64,000 bases of DNA from an uncultured Chloroflexota bacterium (lineage in GTDB: Bacteria; Chloroflexota; Anaerolineae; Caldilineales; Caldilineaceae): positions 21,598 through 85,597 of the forward strand of contig CAIOHJ010000103.1 of NCBI GenBank assembly GCA_903858085.1. Direction: 5' to 3'. A program made the position numbers and the translations under genes. This document shows, piece after piece, positions 50,075-60,644 of this stretch. Numbering within the stretch: position 1 is the first letter of the stretch; each line of letters begins with the position of its first letter. Under the pieces are notes generated by a model. It did not search any database. It was not told where the DNA came from and was given only the letters and a program-made list of their open reading frames with translations.

Positions 50075-51192
50075 CAGGCTCGCTCCTTGCGTTGGTCAGC
50101 CGCGCGCGGCGGTGAAGCGGCCAGGGCCCCCGAGGCGGTAAAGGCAAAGAGGCGATGCGGGTCAAGATAGAGCCTGGCCTGCTGTTCGTAGCTGAAATTG
50201 TGGATGCCTGACAGTTGTGCGATCAGGTGAAATTCGCCGCCGCTGCCGTCGCGATGGTCGGCATGCACGATGGTTTCTGAGCCGCTCAACTCTGCCAGCT
50301 CGATCCAGGCCGGGATCTCGATTTCCCTGCCCAGGTGTGCCTCCATAGCGACATGATGGGCGCGCACCCCCAGCCAGTAGGTGCCGCCAGCCAGCCCAGC
50401 CATGTGGGGGGGCAGCGGAAAACGGACATCCCCAGAAAGAAGCGCAAGCCCCCCTTCAAAAACCGCCGGAAGAATATTCAACGGCGGGTCGCTGAAGACC
50501 TCCCCCACCCGCCGCTGTGCTGGCTGGTGATAGACAGCCAGCGTCGGGCCGATCTGCAAGAGATCCCCTTTGTCCAAGACGGCGGTCACCCCGCCCATCA
50601 ACAACGCTTCCAGCGGTTCAGTGGTGGAGTAGACCACGATCGCGTTGCGCCGAGCAAAGATCTGACCAAGCTCGGCACGCAATTCCTCACGCAGTTTGTA
50701 GTCGAGGTTGACCAGGGGTTCGTCCAACAAGAGCAAGGGGGCCTGCTTGACCAACGCACGGGCGATCGCTGTACGCTGCTGTTGCCCGCCAGACAGCGCA
50801 GCAGGCAATCGGTCGAGCAGGTGGCCGATGCGCATCATCTCTGCCGTTTCCCGCACACGCCGCTGGATCTCATCGTTGCTGATTTTTTTTTGCAGGCGCA
50901 AGGGCGAGGCGATGTTCTCAAAAACAGTCAGCGAGGGATAGTTGATGAACTGCTGGTAGACAAAAGCGACGTTGCGCTGTTGGATCGGGCGCCCGGTAAC
51001 ATCCTGGCCGTCTACCAGCACCTGCCCTGTCGTCGGGCGGTCCAGGCCAGCCATCACACGCATCAACGACGTCTTCCCTGCCTGGGTGGGGCCGAGCAAC
51101 ACATTCAACCCCGGCTCCAGAGCCATGCTCATCGAATACAGATGCGACTCGCCGTTGACTTCCCGGGTGACCGCTTCCAGCACAAGCTTCAT
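50074..51192 (-). CDS. Carbohydrate ABC transporter ATPase
   Basis: GPTQAGKT, LSGGQQQR, LLDEPL. Confidence 0.93.
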   Translation of the reverse strand: MKLVLEAVTREVNGESHLYSMSMALEPGLNVLLGPTQAGKTSLMRVMAGLDRPTTGQVLVDGQDVTGRPIQQRNVAFVYQQFINYPSLTVFENIASPLRLQKKISNDEIQRRVRETAEMMRIGHLLDRLPAALSGGQQQRTAIARALVKQAPLLLLDEPLVNLDYKLREELRAELGQIFARRNAIVVYSTTEPLEALLMGGVTAVLDKGDLLQIGPTLAVYHQPAQRRVGEVFSDPPLNILPAVFEGGLALLSGDVRFPLPPHMAGLAGGTYWLGVRAHHVAMEAHLGREIEIPAWIELAELSGSETIVHADHRDGSGGEFHLIAQLSGIHNFSYEQQARLYLDPHRLFAFTASGALAASPPRAADQRKERA

Positions 51193-51443
51193 GGCGTCTC
51201 TGCCCTGGCCTTTTGCAGAGCACAAAGAGGGGCGTGGATCGATAGCATCGCTCAAAACCACCTTTCTTGTCTTTTGGCTTGACTTGTCCTCAACAATACC
51301 ATGCGTCGACGCAGGTGTCAAAATGCTCTCCAAACCAAAAATCGGCTCCTTTGCAAGATCGCGTGCCCGGCTGCTAAAATAAAGTGGCTGTCTGCGGAAC
51401 ATCCCTGCAGCCTGCCATCCCAACCGACAAAGAGGCCCAGCAG

Positions 51444-53483
51444 ATGTCCTTCCAAATCAACCAGCAAGTACAGACCTGTGATTTCGTCAACCTCCGCTCG
51501 GCCCCCGGCCATCTGGGCAATCCGCCTCCTGCGGTCCTGGCCGTGCTGCCCGAAGGCACCCTCTGCACCGTCACCGGTTCGGTCCAGCGGGCCGACGGGC
51601 TGGCCTGGTGGCCGCTGCAGGTCACCTTGGCCGATGGCCAGGTATGCTCTGGCTGGGCAGCCGAGCGAGTCGGCAAATTTCAGCTGCTGGCCAGCCGCCC
51701 AGCCCCTGTACCGCCGGTTCAGCCCCCGCCGGTTCAGCCCCCGCCGCTCCCCCCCCTCCCAGGGGCTGGGCATGTCGCGCGCGCCAACCGTCTGGGCTTT
51801 TACCTGCACGACACCAACAACGAGGCAGGCCTCTGGGATGCCATCAGCCAGGTACAGCCGCCGACGATCCTGATCCACCACGACGCCTTCAACGACATGC
51901 TGCTCGCCGAGATCCGCAGCAGACGCTCGCCCGACAGCTTCATCGTCGGGCGTTGGTATCTGGAAAACAACCAGCAGATCGCCCTGCTGGAAAGTGGGGA
52001 TCCTGAAGGGGAGGGGCGCCGTCTGGCCGAACGGATTCTGACCTATGATTTTGAAAAGTTCAAGCGCCGTACCCAGAGCGGGCGCCTCTTCATCGACGCC
52101 TGGATGAGCCTCAACGAGTCTCTGCCCGGCCCTGCATCGGGGAGTTTTCGCGAGAATCCAGCCCGTTTTCGGGCGCTCTATGCCGCCTACGATCGCTTCC
52201 AGGTCGCCTTCCGTGACCGTCTGGTGGCAGAAGGCATCGAGGCAGTCGCCTTCAACTTTGCCGCCGGCAACTTCAGCGAAGCTGCCCACTATCTGGACTA
52301 TTTTCCACGCACGTTGGCCACCTACACCTATCTGGGCTTCCACGAATATGGCTGGCCCTCACTCATTCCGGGCAGCGGCACCCACACCGGTGCAGGGCTC
52401 TACCGTGCCGTCCTTCACCATGCACGCCGGAGCGACGGCCACCGCCACCAGATCCTCATCACCGAGGCCGGTGTGACCCGCGCGTACGGCACCTCCTTCC
52501 ACGACGAAGGCTGGCTCAACCAGACCCAGCCGCTGGACGAGAATAGCTACTGGGCATCGCTGGCCTGGTACAACACACTCCTCGACCAGGACGAGGTCCT
52601 GGGTGCCTGTCTCTATCAGGTGGGACATCGGGGCGACTGGGCCACCTTCCGCCATCTGGGCGTGGACAACGCTGGGCGCCCGCTGCATCTGATGGAGCGA
52701 ATCGCAGACCTGCGTGCCCAGAGCGCTGCCCGCGCGGTGGCGCCAGCTGCGGTCGCTGCACCAGCAGCCCTGCCCCATCCCGCCGGCCTGCTCCAGCTGG
52801 CGGGCCAGGTGACCCTGGAGGGCAACGCTGTCGCCGGGGTCGGGGTGCGCCTCGTCGGGGATCTGGCGACCCTCGGAGCCGTACGCGGCGCGGCGATCGT
52901 TGCACCCGACGCAGTGACCTGGTCTCGCCAAGTCACCGGGTTCAGCGGCACAGTGCGCACCGCCTGGGATCGTTTTGTGGCTGGCCATGTGGCTGGCCTG
53001 ACCTGGGACGACTTTCGGCGGCTGGCACCGATCGTCAACCCGTCGCTGGCCGCGCAGAAGGGACGCTTTGCCGCAGAACAGCCCTATCTTCTGCCCGAGA
53101 ACGCCGCAGCCGCGCCCACCTTTTTGTGGGACCGCAAGATGGCAGGGTACCGCGGCACACTCTACCAGTGCTGGCTCGATCTGGTGCAGGGCAAAGTGAT
53201 CGGCTTCGGCTTCCTCTCTTTCCGGCAACAGTTCCTGGCCTACAACCCAATTCTGGCGCGCACCGACGGTCGGCTGACAGCCGACCAGGAGTATCTCCTG
53301 CCCAGGACGGTAGGGATCGACCTGCTCTCGCTGAGCACAACCACGACCGCCACAGGACGATTCCGCTTTGCCGGCCTTCTGGTCGGGAACTACCAGGTCG
53401 AGGTCGCAGCCCCCCACCCCTTTGCCCTCCCCTGCACGCTCGTCGCCGACAGCACGCTCGACCTGGCGCTGCCGCCCCGTTGA
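51444..53483 (+). CDS. Multidomain protein: SH3b, Pro linker, clan GH-A-like TIM barrel, beta-sandwich interrupted by two LysM-like repeats
   Basis: [12 protein letters not shown]; SLNE, FHEYG, LITEAG; two ~55-aa repeats ending NP.L....GR..A.Q.YLLP. Confidence 0.75.
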   Translation: MSFQINQQVQTCDFVNLRSAPGHLGNPPPAVLAVLPEGTLCTVTGSVQRADGLAWWPLQVTLADGQVCSGWAAERVGKFQLLASRPAPVPPVQPPPVQPPPLPPLPGAGHVARANRLGFYLHDTNNEAGLWDAISQVQPPTILIHHDAFNDMLLAEIRSRRSPDSFIVGRWYLENNQQIALLESGDPEGEGRRLAERILTYDFEKFKRRTQSGRLFIDAWMSLNESLPGPASGSFRENPARFRALYAAYDRFQVAFRDRLVAEGIEAVAFNFAAGNFSEAAHYLDYFPRTLATYTYLGFHEYGWPSLIPGSGTHTGAGLYRAVLHHARRSDGHRHQILITEAGVTRAYGTSFHDEGWLNQTQPLDENSYWASLAWYNTLLDQDEVLGACLYQVGHRGDWATFRHLGVDNAGRPLHLMERIADLRAQSAARAVAPAAVAAPAALPHPAGLLQLAGQVTLEGNAVAGVGVRLVGDLATLGAVRGAAIVAPDAVTWSRQVTGFSGTVRTAWDRFVAGHVAGLTWDDFRRLAPIVNPSLAAQKGRFAAEQPYLLPENAAAAPTFLWDRKMAGYRGTLYQCWLDLVQGKVIGFGFLSFRQQFLAYNPILARTDGRLTADQEYLLPRTVGIDLLSLSTTTTATGRFRFAGLLVGNYQVEVAAPHPFALPCTLVADSTLDLALPPR

Positions 53484-53629
53484 CCCGGCCTCCTCTTCTG
53501 TTCGACTGGCACTCTGGCAACACGTTCTGTTATACTGCCAGAATAGGGACGCACAACCGGGTGCGTTTGTTTGACTCCAGGCTGACCCCAGACAAATTTT
53601 GTGGGAAGGCTGGCGAAAAGGATCCGACC

Positions 53630-54073
53630 ATGCTTTTTTTTGTGTTGCGCTGTGCACTGGTTCTGTGGCTGCTGCTAAGCGGCTGTGCCGGCCCCAGTGG
53701 AGAAGACGCAAAAGAAGACGTGCTCCCCGCCGCACAGGAGCGACTCACCGAGCTTGCCAGCGACGGCGGCCACTTTCAGGTCAGCTTCACCAGCGAACTC
53801 GACCCGATCACGATCAACCAGCTACATCGCTGGACGCTGCAGGTCGCAGACAAAGATGGCACGCCTGTCGAAGGGGCCACGATCACGGTGAAGGGAGAGA
53901 TGCCCGAACACGGCCATGGGATGCCGACCCAACCCCAGGTGACCGCCGATCTCGGGGGAGGCATCTATCAGGTCGAGGGGATGCGCTTCCAGATGGGCGG
54001 AGGGTGGAGCGTCACCTTCACGATCGAGGCAGACGGCGTCCAGGACAGTGTAACGTTCCAGCTGAAGCTTTAA
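53630..54073 (+). CDS. YtkA/FixH-like lipoprotein
   Basis: LSGC lipobox; GTPVEGATI...MPEHGHG...GIYQV..F.M.G.W. Confidence 0.85.
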   Translation: MLFFVLRCALVLWLLLSGCAGPSGEDAKEDVLPAAQERLTELASDGGHFQVSFTSELDPITINQLHRWTLQVADKDGTPVEGATITVKGEMPEHGHGMPTQPQVTADLGGGIYQVEGMRFQMGGGWSVTFTIEADGVQDSVTFQLKL

Positions 54074-54078
54074 CCGCC

Positions 54079-55302
54079 ATGCGGACTTGGTTCTTGGCAG
54101 CCATCCTGTGTGTGTGGTGGCTGGTCTCCTGCGGCTCAGCCGAAGACCCAGCGTGGACAGAGGAAGAAATGGCGCTGCTGCGTTCGCTGTCGCTGGCCAT
54201 GCTCCCCCCCCTGCCCCCAGACCCCTCCAACAGCGTCGCCGATCGGCCAGAGGCTGCTGCGCTCGGCCGACAAATTTTTTTCGACACCCGTTTCAGCGTC
54301 AACGACGCTGTCTCCTGCGCCTCCTGCCACATGCCCGACCATTTTTTTACCGACGCTCGCCCTTTTGGCGTCGGGGTTGGGGTGATCCCGCTCAACACGA
54401 TGAGTTTGGTGGGGGCTGCGTACAGCGAATGGCAGACCTGGGACGGCAAAAACGACAGCCAGTGGTCGCAGGCGCTGATTCCGTTGGAGAACCCGCTGGA
54501 GCATGGCGGTACCCGCATGCAGTATGCACAGGTGATCGCCGAGCACTATCGCGCCGAGTACGTTGCCCTCTTTGGCCCGCTGCCCGACCTGGCTGACCGC
54601 CAGCGGTTTCCGCTCCGGGGGGGGCCGGTCGTCGACCCGGCAGCGGCAGCGTCGTGGGCCGCTATGAGAGCGACAGACCAGGACGCCGTCAACCGAATCT
54701 TTGCCAACATCGGCAAGTCGCTGGCCGCCTACGAACGGACGCTGTTGCCCCAGCCAGCACGCTTTGACCGCTATGTGGCCTCGCTCGACGATCCGGATCC
54801 CTCTCAGGAGCCTCCCCTCCTCAACGACGAGGAGATCGCTGGTCTGCGCATTTTTATCGGCAAGGGAGCGTGCACCCAGTGTCACAACGGGCCGCGCTTG
54901 ACCAATGACGCCTTCCACAACACGGCGGTGCCTGGCGCTCCGGGTGTCCCCCTCCAGCGCGGGCGAGTCGACGGGGCAGCCAAGGTGCAGGCAGATCCCT
55001 TCAACTGTCTGGGGCGCTACAGCGACGCTGCACCCGAACAGTGTACGGCGCTGCGCTTTCAGGTCACTGACCCGGCTGGGCTGGTGGGCAGCATGAAGAC
55101 GCCGACGCTGCGCAACGTCGCCGAGACCGCCCCCTACATGCACACAGGCCAGTTTGCCACGCTGGCGGAGGTGGTCGAACATTACAACGGCGGCGGCTAT
55201 TCGTTGCAGGGACACAACGAGCTGAAACCGCTCGGGCTCTCGCCCGAAGAAGCCAGCCAGCTTGCTGCGTTTCTGCGCACACTGACCGCCGAAGCCCGGT
55301 AG
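54079..55302 (+). CDS. Di-heme cytochrome c peroxidase superfamily lipoprotein (MauG/MbnH-like)
   Basis: CASCH and CTQCH heme motifs; TWDG; [16 protein letters not shown]. Confidence 0.9.
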   Translation: MRTWFLAAILCVWWLVSCGSAEDPAWTEEEMALLRSLSLAMLPPLPPDPSNSVADRPEAAALGRQIFFDTRFSVNDAVSCASCHMPDHFFTDARPFGVGVGVIPLNTMSLVGAAYSEWQTWDGKNDSQWSQALIPLENPLEHGGTRMQYAQVIAEHYRAEYVALFGPLPDLADRQRFPLRGGPVVDPAAAASWAAMRATDQDAVNRIFANIGKSLAAYERTLLPQPARFDRYVASLDDPDPSQEPPLLNDEEIAGLRIFIGKGACTQCHNGPRLTNDAFHNTAVPGAPGVPLQRGRVDGAAKVQADPFNCLGRYSDAAPEQCTALRFQVTDPAGLVGSMKTPTLRNVAETAPYMHTGQFATLAEVVEHYNGGGYSLQGHNELKPLGLSPEEASQLAAFLRTLTAEAR

Positions 55303-55366
55303 AACTCCTTCCTGGCTGGCAAGAGGCCCGCTCGCCCTGGCCGCGGACAAACATATTGAATTCGAC

Positions 55367-55402
55367 GGCGGTCGCAGTTCCCGCCTTATCAAAACAGAGG
55401 AG
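55367..55402 (+). ncRNA. PreQ1-I riboswitch overlapping the SD
   Basis: GGCGG-UCGCAGUUC-CCGCC-UUAUCAAAACAG-AGGAG closely resembles the Thermoanaerobacter preQ1-I aptamer as I recall it (CUGGG-UCGCAGUAAC-CCCAG-UUAACAAAACAAG); lies before a queuosine-precursor transporter. Confidence 0.88.
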
Positions 55403-55409
55403 TCGATCT

Positions 55410-56087
55410 GTGTCCAGCCCTGCCAACATTGTCCGTCGCGTGCCCCCCTCGCACCCCGCTCCCCCGCTCTTGACCCACACTGCGGTCGTTGTGGTGGCCC
55501 TTTATATCGGTGCCCAGATGCTGTCCGACCTGACCAGCCTCAAAATCGGCCTGATTGCCGGGCTGGCGGTCGATATGGGGACGTTCATCTACCCGATCAC
55601 CTTCACCCTGCGCGATGTGGCGCACAAGACGATCGGCAAACGGCACACCCAGCTGCTGATCTGGCTGGCTGCAGCGGTCAATCTTTTTGCTGTGGCCTAC
55701 TTCTGGTGGGTCGGCGGCGTGGCTGGCGACCCTGTGTGGGGGCTCCAGGCGGAATGGGAGGCCATCTTCAGCGTGAACTTGCTCGGCCGCATTGTGCTGG
55801 CCTCGATCGTCGCCGAAGTTGTCAGCGAGCTGGTCGACACCGAAGTCTACCACTGGTTCGTCACGCGCATCACCCGCCGCAGACAGTGGGCGCGTGTGCT
55901 GGCCAGCAACAGCGTCAGCGTGCCGATCGACAACCTGATCTTTGCCGTCGGCGCCTTCGGCTGGCTGTTGCCCTGGGCGGTGGTCTGGCAGATCTTTTTG
56001 GTCAACCTGGCCGTCAAATTCGGGGTGACCCTGGCCAGCATGCCGCTGATCTATCTGGCGCGCGACCAAGAATGGCGGGAAGAGTAG
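55410..56087 (+). CDS. yhhQ: Queuosine precursor transporter (VUT/YhhQ family)
   Basis: GTFIYPITFTLRD, RIVLAS..A..VSELVD, SNSVSVPIDNLIF; GTG start after GAGGAG. Confidence 0.9.
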   Translation: MSSPANIVRRVPPSHPAPPLLTHTAVVVVALYIGAQMLSDLTSLKIGLIAGLAVDMGTFIYPITFTLRDVAHKTIGKRHTQLLIWLAAAVNLFAVAYFWWVGGVAGDPVWGLQAEWEAIFSVNLLGRIVLASIVAEVVSELVDTEVYHWFVTRITRRRQWARVLASNSVSVPIDNLIFAVGAFGWLLPWAVVWQIFLVNLAVKFGVTLASMPLIYLARDQEWREE

Positions 56088-56126
56088 GTTTTTCCGATTG
56101 GCTGTGTCTGGAGTAGAATAGCTGGT

Positions 56127-57263
56127 ATGTGGGTCGAAGAATCGCAGGCGTCGCCGGGAAATGCCCCGGCCTCCCCAGAAGAGCCGTCAGAGCGGTCTGC
56201 GACGAAGGGGTTGGCGCGCCGCCGGTGGCTGCGTGTGGGGCTGACGCTTCTGCTGGCTGCTACAGCCCTGTCGGCTCTCTTTTCCAATCTCTGGGCCAGC
56301 GGTGCCGGTCTGCTCTACCTGTATCAACAGGCGCAGACCTTTGTGACGATTTTTTTGGGAATCTTCGTCGAAGCGGTGCCTTTTCTGCTCGCAGGGTCGC
56401 TTGTCTCGGGGTTGATCGCCGTGTTTGTCGACCAATCTGCGATTGACCGCTATCTGCCCAAGAGGGCGCTGCCAGGGGCCCTGGTCGGGGCGGCGCTGGG
56501 GGTTGTTTTTCCGGTCTGCGAGTGTGGTGTTGTCCCGGTGGTGCGTCGCCTGTACGAAAAAGGGCTGCCACTTTCGATCGGTGTGGCTTTTTTGCTGGCC
56601 GCCCCGGTGGTCAACCCGATCGTGATCCTGAGCACCTACAGCGCGTTTGGCTGGGGGCCCCTCTTTGTCGGCCGCATTGTGTTCAGTTTTCTGATCGCTG
56701 TGGTGGTTGCCCTGCTCTTCAGCCGGGCCCGCCCCGACGAACTCTTGCGGCCTGCCGTCTGCCAGGCCCACCACGACGCCTGCTGCAACGCCCACAGCCA
56801 TTCCCCGCCAGCCCATTCAGCCACAGCTCCTCTGTCCGGCGCAGCAGGACTGGAACAGCGGTTGACCCGCTCTCTCAACCTGGCTGGCGACGATTTTTTG
56901 GAAATGGCCCGTTTTCTGGTGGTCGGGTCGTTGTTGGCGGCAGCGATGCAGACCGTGGTGCCGCAGAGCGCGCTGTTGTCGGTCGGGCAGGGGCCGGTAG
57001 TTTCGGTCTTGGTGATGCAGGCGCTGGCGTTCATCCTGTCGGTCTGCTCGACGGTCGACGCATTTCTGGCCCTGGCCTTTGCTGGCACCTTTACCACAGG
57101 GTCGGTGCTGGCGTTTTTGGTCTTTGGTCCGATGGTCGACATCAAAAGCTCGTTGATGTTTTTAAGCATCTTCCCGCGCCGCGCCGTCGCCTATCTGATT
57201 CTGCTGCCGCTGATGCTGGCGCTGCTGATGGGCATCGGGTGGAATTTGAATCTGGGGTGGTGA
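56127..57263 (+). CDS. DUF318/YcgR-family permease with His/Cys-rich loop
   Basis: [39 protein letters not shown]; loop [14 protein letters not shown]. Confidence 0.88.
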   Translation: MWVEESQASPGNAPASPEEPSERSATKGLARRRWLRVGLTLLLAATALSALFSNLWASGAGLLYLYQQAQTFVTIFLGIFVEAVPFLLAGSLVSGLIAVFVDQSAIDRYLPKRALPGALVGAALGVVFPVCECGVVPVVRRLYEKGLPLSIGVAFLLAAPVVNPIVILSTYSAFGWGPLFVGRIVFSFLIAVVVALLFSRARPDELLRPAVCQAHHDACCNAHSHSPPAHSATAPLSGAAGLEQRLTRSLNLAGDDFLEMARFLVVGSLLAAAMQTVVPQSALLSVGQGPVVSVLVMQALAFILSVCSTVDAFLALAFAGTFTTGSVLAFLVFGPMVDIKSSLMFLSIFPRRAVAYLILLPLMLALLMGIGWNLNLGW

Positions 57264-57269
57264 CGAAAG

Positions 57270-58010
57270 ATGGCACTGTTTACCCGTCCACGGTTTCAAC
57301 AGGCGGTCAAGGCGCTGACGCTGCTCGGGCTGGCCCTCTTTCTCTACACCCGGCTGGCCGACGGCACGCTGTTTTTTTATATCAATCAACGTTTTCTGGC
57401 CTACACCGTCTTTGCCGTTGTTGCGGCGGTGCTGATCGCTGTCAGCTACCGACCGGGCGTGGCTCAGCCAGCTGCCCAGAGCCATGCGAACCTGACGCTG
57501 GGAGGGCTGTTGTGGGTGCTGTTGCCGATCGGGCTCGGCCTGCTCTTTCCCCCCCAGCCGCTCGGTGCGGCGGCCCTGGGAAACCGGGAGCTGACCCTCA
57601 TCCCCTCGCAGCGCTCTGTTCTGCCCGCTGCAGTGCGGGCGGCGGCCCAGAAGAGTGCTGCCGAGCGCACGGTGCTTGACTGGCTGCACGCGTTCACCGC
57701 CTCTTCTGACCCGGCACAGGAATTTGCTGGCCAGCCGGTCGACGTCGTCGGGTTTGTCTATCACGACCCTCGCCTGCCAGAGGGAAAGCTGCTCGTCAAT
57801 CGGTTCACAGTCAGCTGCTGTGTGGCCGATGCCAGCCCGGTGTCGCTGGTCGTGCAGTGGCCCGACGCGGCGACCCTGGCCAATGACAGCTGGGTGCAAG
57901 TGCAAGGCGTGCTGCAGCCTGGTGAGTTCAATGGCAGGCCGCTGCCGGTCGTCGTGGCTCGACGCGTGGCCCAGGTCGAACAGCCGGCCCAGCCCTATCT
58001 CTATCCATGA
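57270..58010 (+). CDS. TIGR03943/YcgQ-family membrane protein
   Basis: [40 protein letters not shown]. Confidence 0.88.
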   Translation: MALFTRPRFQQAVKALTLLGLALFLYTRLADGTLFFYINQRFLAYTVFAVVAAVLIAVSYRPGVAQPAAQSHANLTLGGLLWVLLPIGLGLLFPPQPLGAAALGNRELTLIPSQRSVLPAAVRAAAQKSAAERTVLDWLHAFTASSDPAQEFAGQPVDVVGFVYHDPRLPEGKLLVNRFTVSCCVADASPVSLVVQWPDAATLANDSWVQVQGVLQPGEFNGRPLPVVVARRVAQVEQPAQPYLYP

Positions 58011-59413
58011 GGCTGTCGTTGACGCTGCGATTCTGGCGCCGTCTGAGTTCGTTCGACCGTACAGTCCTTGCTGCACTGGCAGCCGTGCTGGCTGCGATCG
58101 GTGTGCTGCTCTGGCGGGGCGATCAGGTAGGGCTGCGTGTGGTCGCTGCGACCCCGGCTGGCACAGAGGTGTCGACCCTCACCACGCTGCAGATTGTCTT
58201 TGACCAGCCGATCGAAAGCACCCCAGAGGAGATACGTCTGACCTTGACGCCACCGGTCGCCGGCCAGCTGCGGGTTGTCGGCGACCGTATCACCTTTGCG
58301 TCTGCCGGGTTGCAGCCAGCAACCCGCTATACGGTGCAGTTGGATGCTGGCGTGCGCGGGGCCTATGGGCGGGCGCTGGGCAGCCCACTCCGCTGGCAGT
58401 TTACAACAGGCCCGGTGCAGGTCCTCTTCACCCGCACGGAGGGCGACCGTGAACAGCTCTTTGTGGCCTCATTGCCTCCTGCGGCAGCCACAGCGCCCTC
58501 CCCGGCCCGCCCCCTGACGGACGCGGCGGGGGGCGTCTGGGACTTTGCCCTCTCGCCCGCCGATGGGCGGATTGCCTTTGCAGCGTTGACGGAAGAAGGA
58601 GCCAGCGACCTCTGGCTGCTGGAGCCGGGCAAAGAAGCAAAGCGGCTGCTGGACTGCGGCGGCAACTTCTGCAGCAGCCCATCCTGGTCGCACGACGGCG
58701 AGCTCTTGCTGTTTTCCCAGCGCAACAGCCGCGACGCCGGCGCAGCAGCGGTCAACCCGCCCCGGCTGTCGATCCTGCATGTGGCCAGCGGAGAACAGGC
58801 GCCCGTCTTCAGCGACAGCCAAAAACTGGGCTTTGAGGCACGCTGGTCGTCGGACAACCAGTGGATCACCTATCTGTCGCCCGATTTTGTGGGCATCGGC
58901 GTCTACAACCTGGAAACCGGGGCAGAACAGTTTTATCCGACCCAGGCGGGGGAGCCTGCCCCCTGGCAGCCAGGCCAACTCCGATTTTTGATGAACGAGC
59001 AGCAGGCCATAGGCGAGCGCAGTGCGATTCACCTCTTTCTGGTCGACCCGGTGGCTGGCACCCGCACCAACCTCAGCGGCGAAGATGCCTTGGTGGAAGA
59101 CGGGGCAGCCGTCTGGTCGCCAGATGGTCAGTGGATCGCCTTTCGCCGCAACATCACAGCCGGAGCCGGAGCCACTTTGAGCAAACAGCTCTGGGTGATG
59201 CGCAGCGACGGCAGCGCAGCCCGGAGACTGACCTCCGACCCGGAGGTCGACCATGGCCCGCCTGCCTGGTCGTCGGACGGGCGTTCGTTGGTCTATCATC
59301 GCTTCCCGCTCAAAGGGCCTGGGATCGTCATTTCGGTCTGGCAGATCGATCTCTTCAGCGGGGTGCAGCGTCTGATCGCAACGCCTGGCCAGCGGCCTCA
59401 GTGGCTGCAGTAG
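58007..59413 (+). CDS. Membrane-anchored Ig-like (Big_5/SbsA-like) plus TolB-like propeller protein
   Basis: N-terminal TM; IVFDQPI...LQPATRYTV...WQFTT; [18 protein letters not shown] blades. Confidence 0.82.
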   Translation: MRLSLTLRFWRRLSSFDRTVLAALAAVLAAIGVLLWRGDQVGLRVVAATPAGTEVSTLTTLQIVFDQPIESTPEEIRLTLTPPVAGQLRVVGDRITFASAGLQPATRYTVQLDAGVRGAYGRALGSPLRWQFTTGPVQVLFTRTEGDREQLFVASLPPAAATAPSPARPLTDAAGGVWDFALSPADGRIAFAALTEEGASDLWLLEPGKEAKRLLDCGGNFCSSPSWSHDGELLLFSQRNSRDAGAAAVNPPRLSILHVASGEQAPVFSDSQKLGFEARWSSDNQWITYLSPDFVGIGVYNLETGAEQFYPTQAGEPAPWQPGQLRFLMNEQQAIGERSAIHLFLVDPVAGTRTNLSGEDALVEDGAAVWSPDGQWIAFRRNITAGAGATLSKQLWVMRSDGSAARRLTSDPEVDHGPPAWSSDGRSLVYHRFPLKGPGIVISVWQIDLFSGVQRLIATPGQRPQWLQ

Positions 59414-59471
59414 CAAACAGGCTGATCGGTTTCCTGTAGCGGTCCCTTGCGGACCAGAAAGAGTCCTCAGA

Positions 59472-60644
59472 ATGAATGTTCACGGCCAACATTACCGCAC
59501 GATCTGGTTGAAGGCCGGTGACCCGGCTGTTGTCCAGATCATCGACCAGCGAGCGCTTCCTTTTCATTTTGTAGTCGTCGACCTGAAGACAGTCGACGAG
59601 GTGGCCGTTGCCATCAAAGAGATGCTCGTGCGCGGGGCCGGGCTGATCGGCGCCACTGCTGGCTACGGGATGTACCTGGCAGCGCTGCATGCCTCGCGCA
59701 ACTCGCTCTCTGCCTTCGCAGCCGAAGTCGCTGTCGCTGCTGCCCAGCTCAAGGCGACCCGACCGACTGCGGTGAACCTGGCCTGGGCGGTGGATCGCCA
59801 GCTGGCAGCGTTGGCCGCTGCGGGCAACGACCTGGAGGCGCGCACCGCTGCTGCGCTGGCGACTGCGCACGCCATTGCCGACGAAGATGCCAGCTTTTGC
59901 CGACAGATCGGCGAACATGGGCTCCGGTTGATCGAGGAAATTGCCGCCCGCAAAGGCGGTGCCCCGGTCAACGTGCTGACCCACTGCAACGCTGGCTGGC
60001 TGGCGTTTGTCGACTACGGGAGCGCGACTGCGCCGATCTATGCCGCCCACGATCGGGGGATTCCAGTCCATGTCTGGGTCGACGAGACGCGCCCGCGCAA
60101 CCAAGGGGCGCGTCTGACCGCCTGGGAGCTGGGGCAACATGGTGTGCCCCACACGGTGATCGTCGACAACGCCGGCGGCCATCTGATGCAGCACGGCCGG
60201 GTCGACCTGATCATTGTCGGGTCGGACCGCACCACCTACACCGGGGATGTCGCCAACAAAATCGGCACCTATCTCAAAGCCCTGGCTGCACGCGACAACC
60301 AGGTTCCTTTTTATGTGGCGCTGCCGTCCAGCACGATCGACTGGGAGCTACACGATGGGCTGGCAGAGATCCCGATCGAAGAACGCGAAGCCTCCGAAGT
60401 GCGGAGGATGGATGGCCTGCACAGCGAAGGTATCCGTGAGATTCTGATCATGCCCGAAAACAGCCGCGCGGCCAACTACGCCTTCGATGTCACCCCCTCT
60501 CGCCTGGTGACCGGGCTGATTACCGAGCGTGGCATCTGCGCGGCGTCGGCAGAAGGGGTCTTCAGCCTCTACCCAGAAAAACGTCGTGGAGCCGCTAGGG
60601 ACGGTTCAGCAGGGCAGCAGCTACCACCACCTGGCCATAGCTGA
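59472..60644 (+). CDS. mtnA: S-methyl-5-thioribose-1-phosphate isomerase
   Basis: IDQRALP, VRGAGLIG, TRPTAVNL, THCNAGWLA, ETRPRNQG, ANKIGTY, FDVTP. Confidence 0.95.
   Translation: MNVHGQHYRTIWLKAGDPAVVQIIDQRALPFHFVVVDLKTVDEVAVAIKEMLVRGAGLIGATAGYGMYLAALHASRNSLSAFAAEVAVAAAQLKATRPTAVNLAWAVDRQLAALAAAGNDLEARTAAALATAHAIADEDASFCRQIGEHGLRLIEEIAARKGGAPVNVLTHCNAGWLAFVDYGSATAPIYAAHDRGIPVHVWVDETRPRNQGARLTAWELGQHGVPHTVIVDNAGGHLMQHGRVDLIIVGSDRTTYTGDVANKIGTYLKALAARDNQVPFYVALPSSTIDWELHDGLAEIPIEEREASEVRRMDGLHSEGIREILIMPENSRAANYAFDVTPSRLVTGLITERGICAASAEGVFSLYPEKRRGAARDGSAGQQLPPPGHS

Noticed and set aside
51351-51370. Sigma54-like GGCACG...TTGCA upstream of the glycerol-type ABC operon (minus strand)
   Set aside because: GG-to-GC spacing is 11 nt rather than the required 10.
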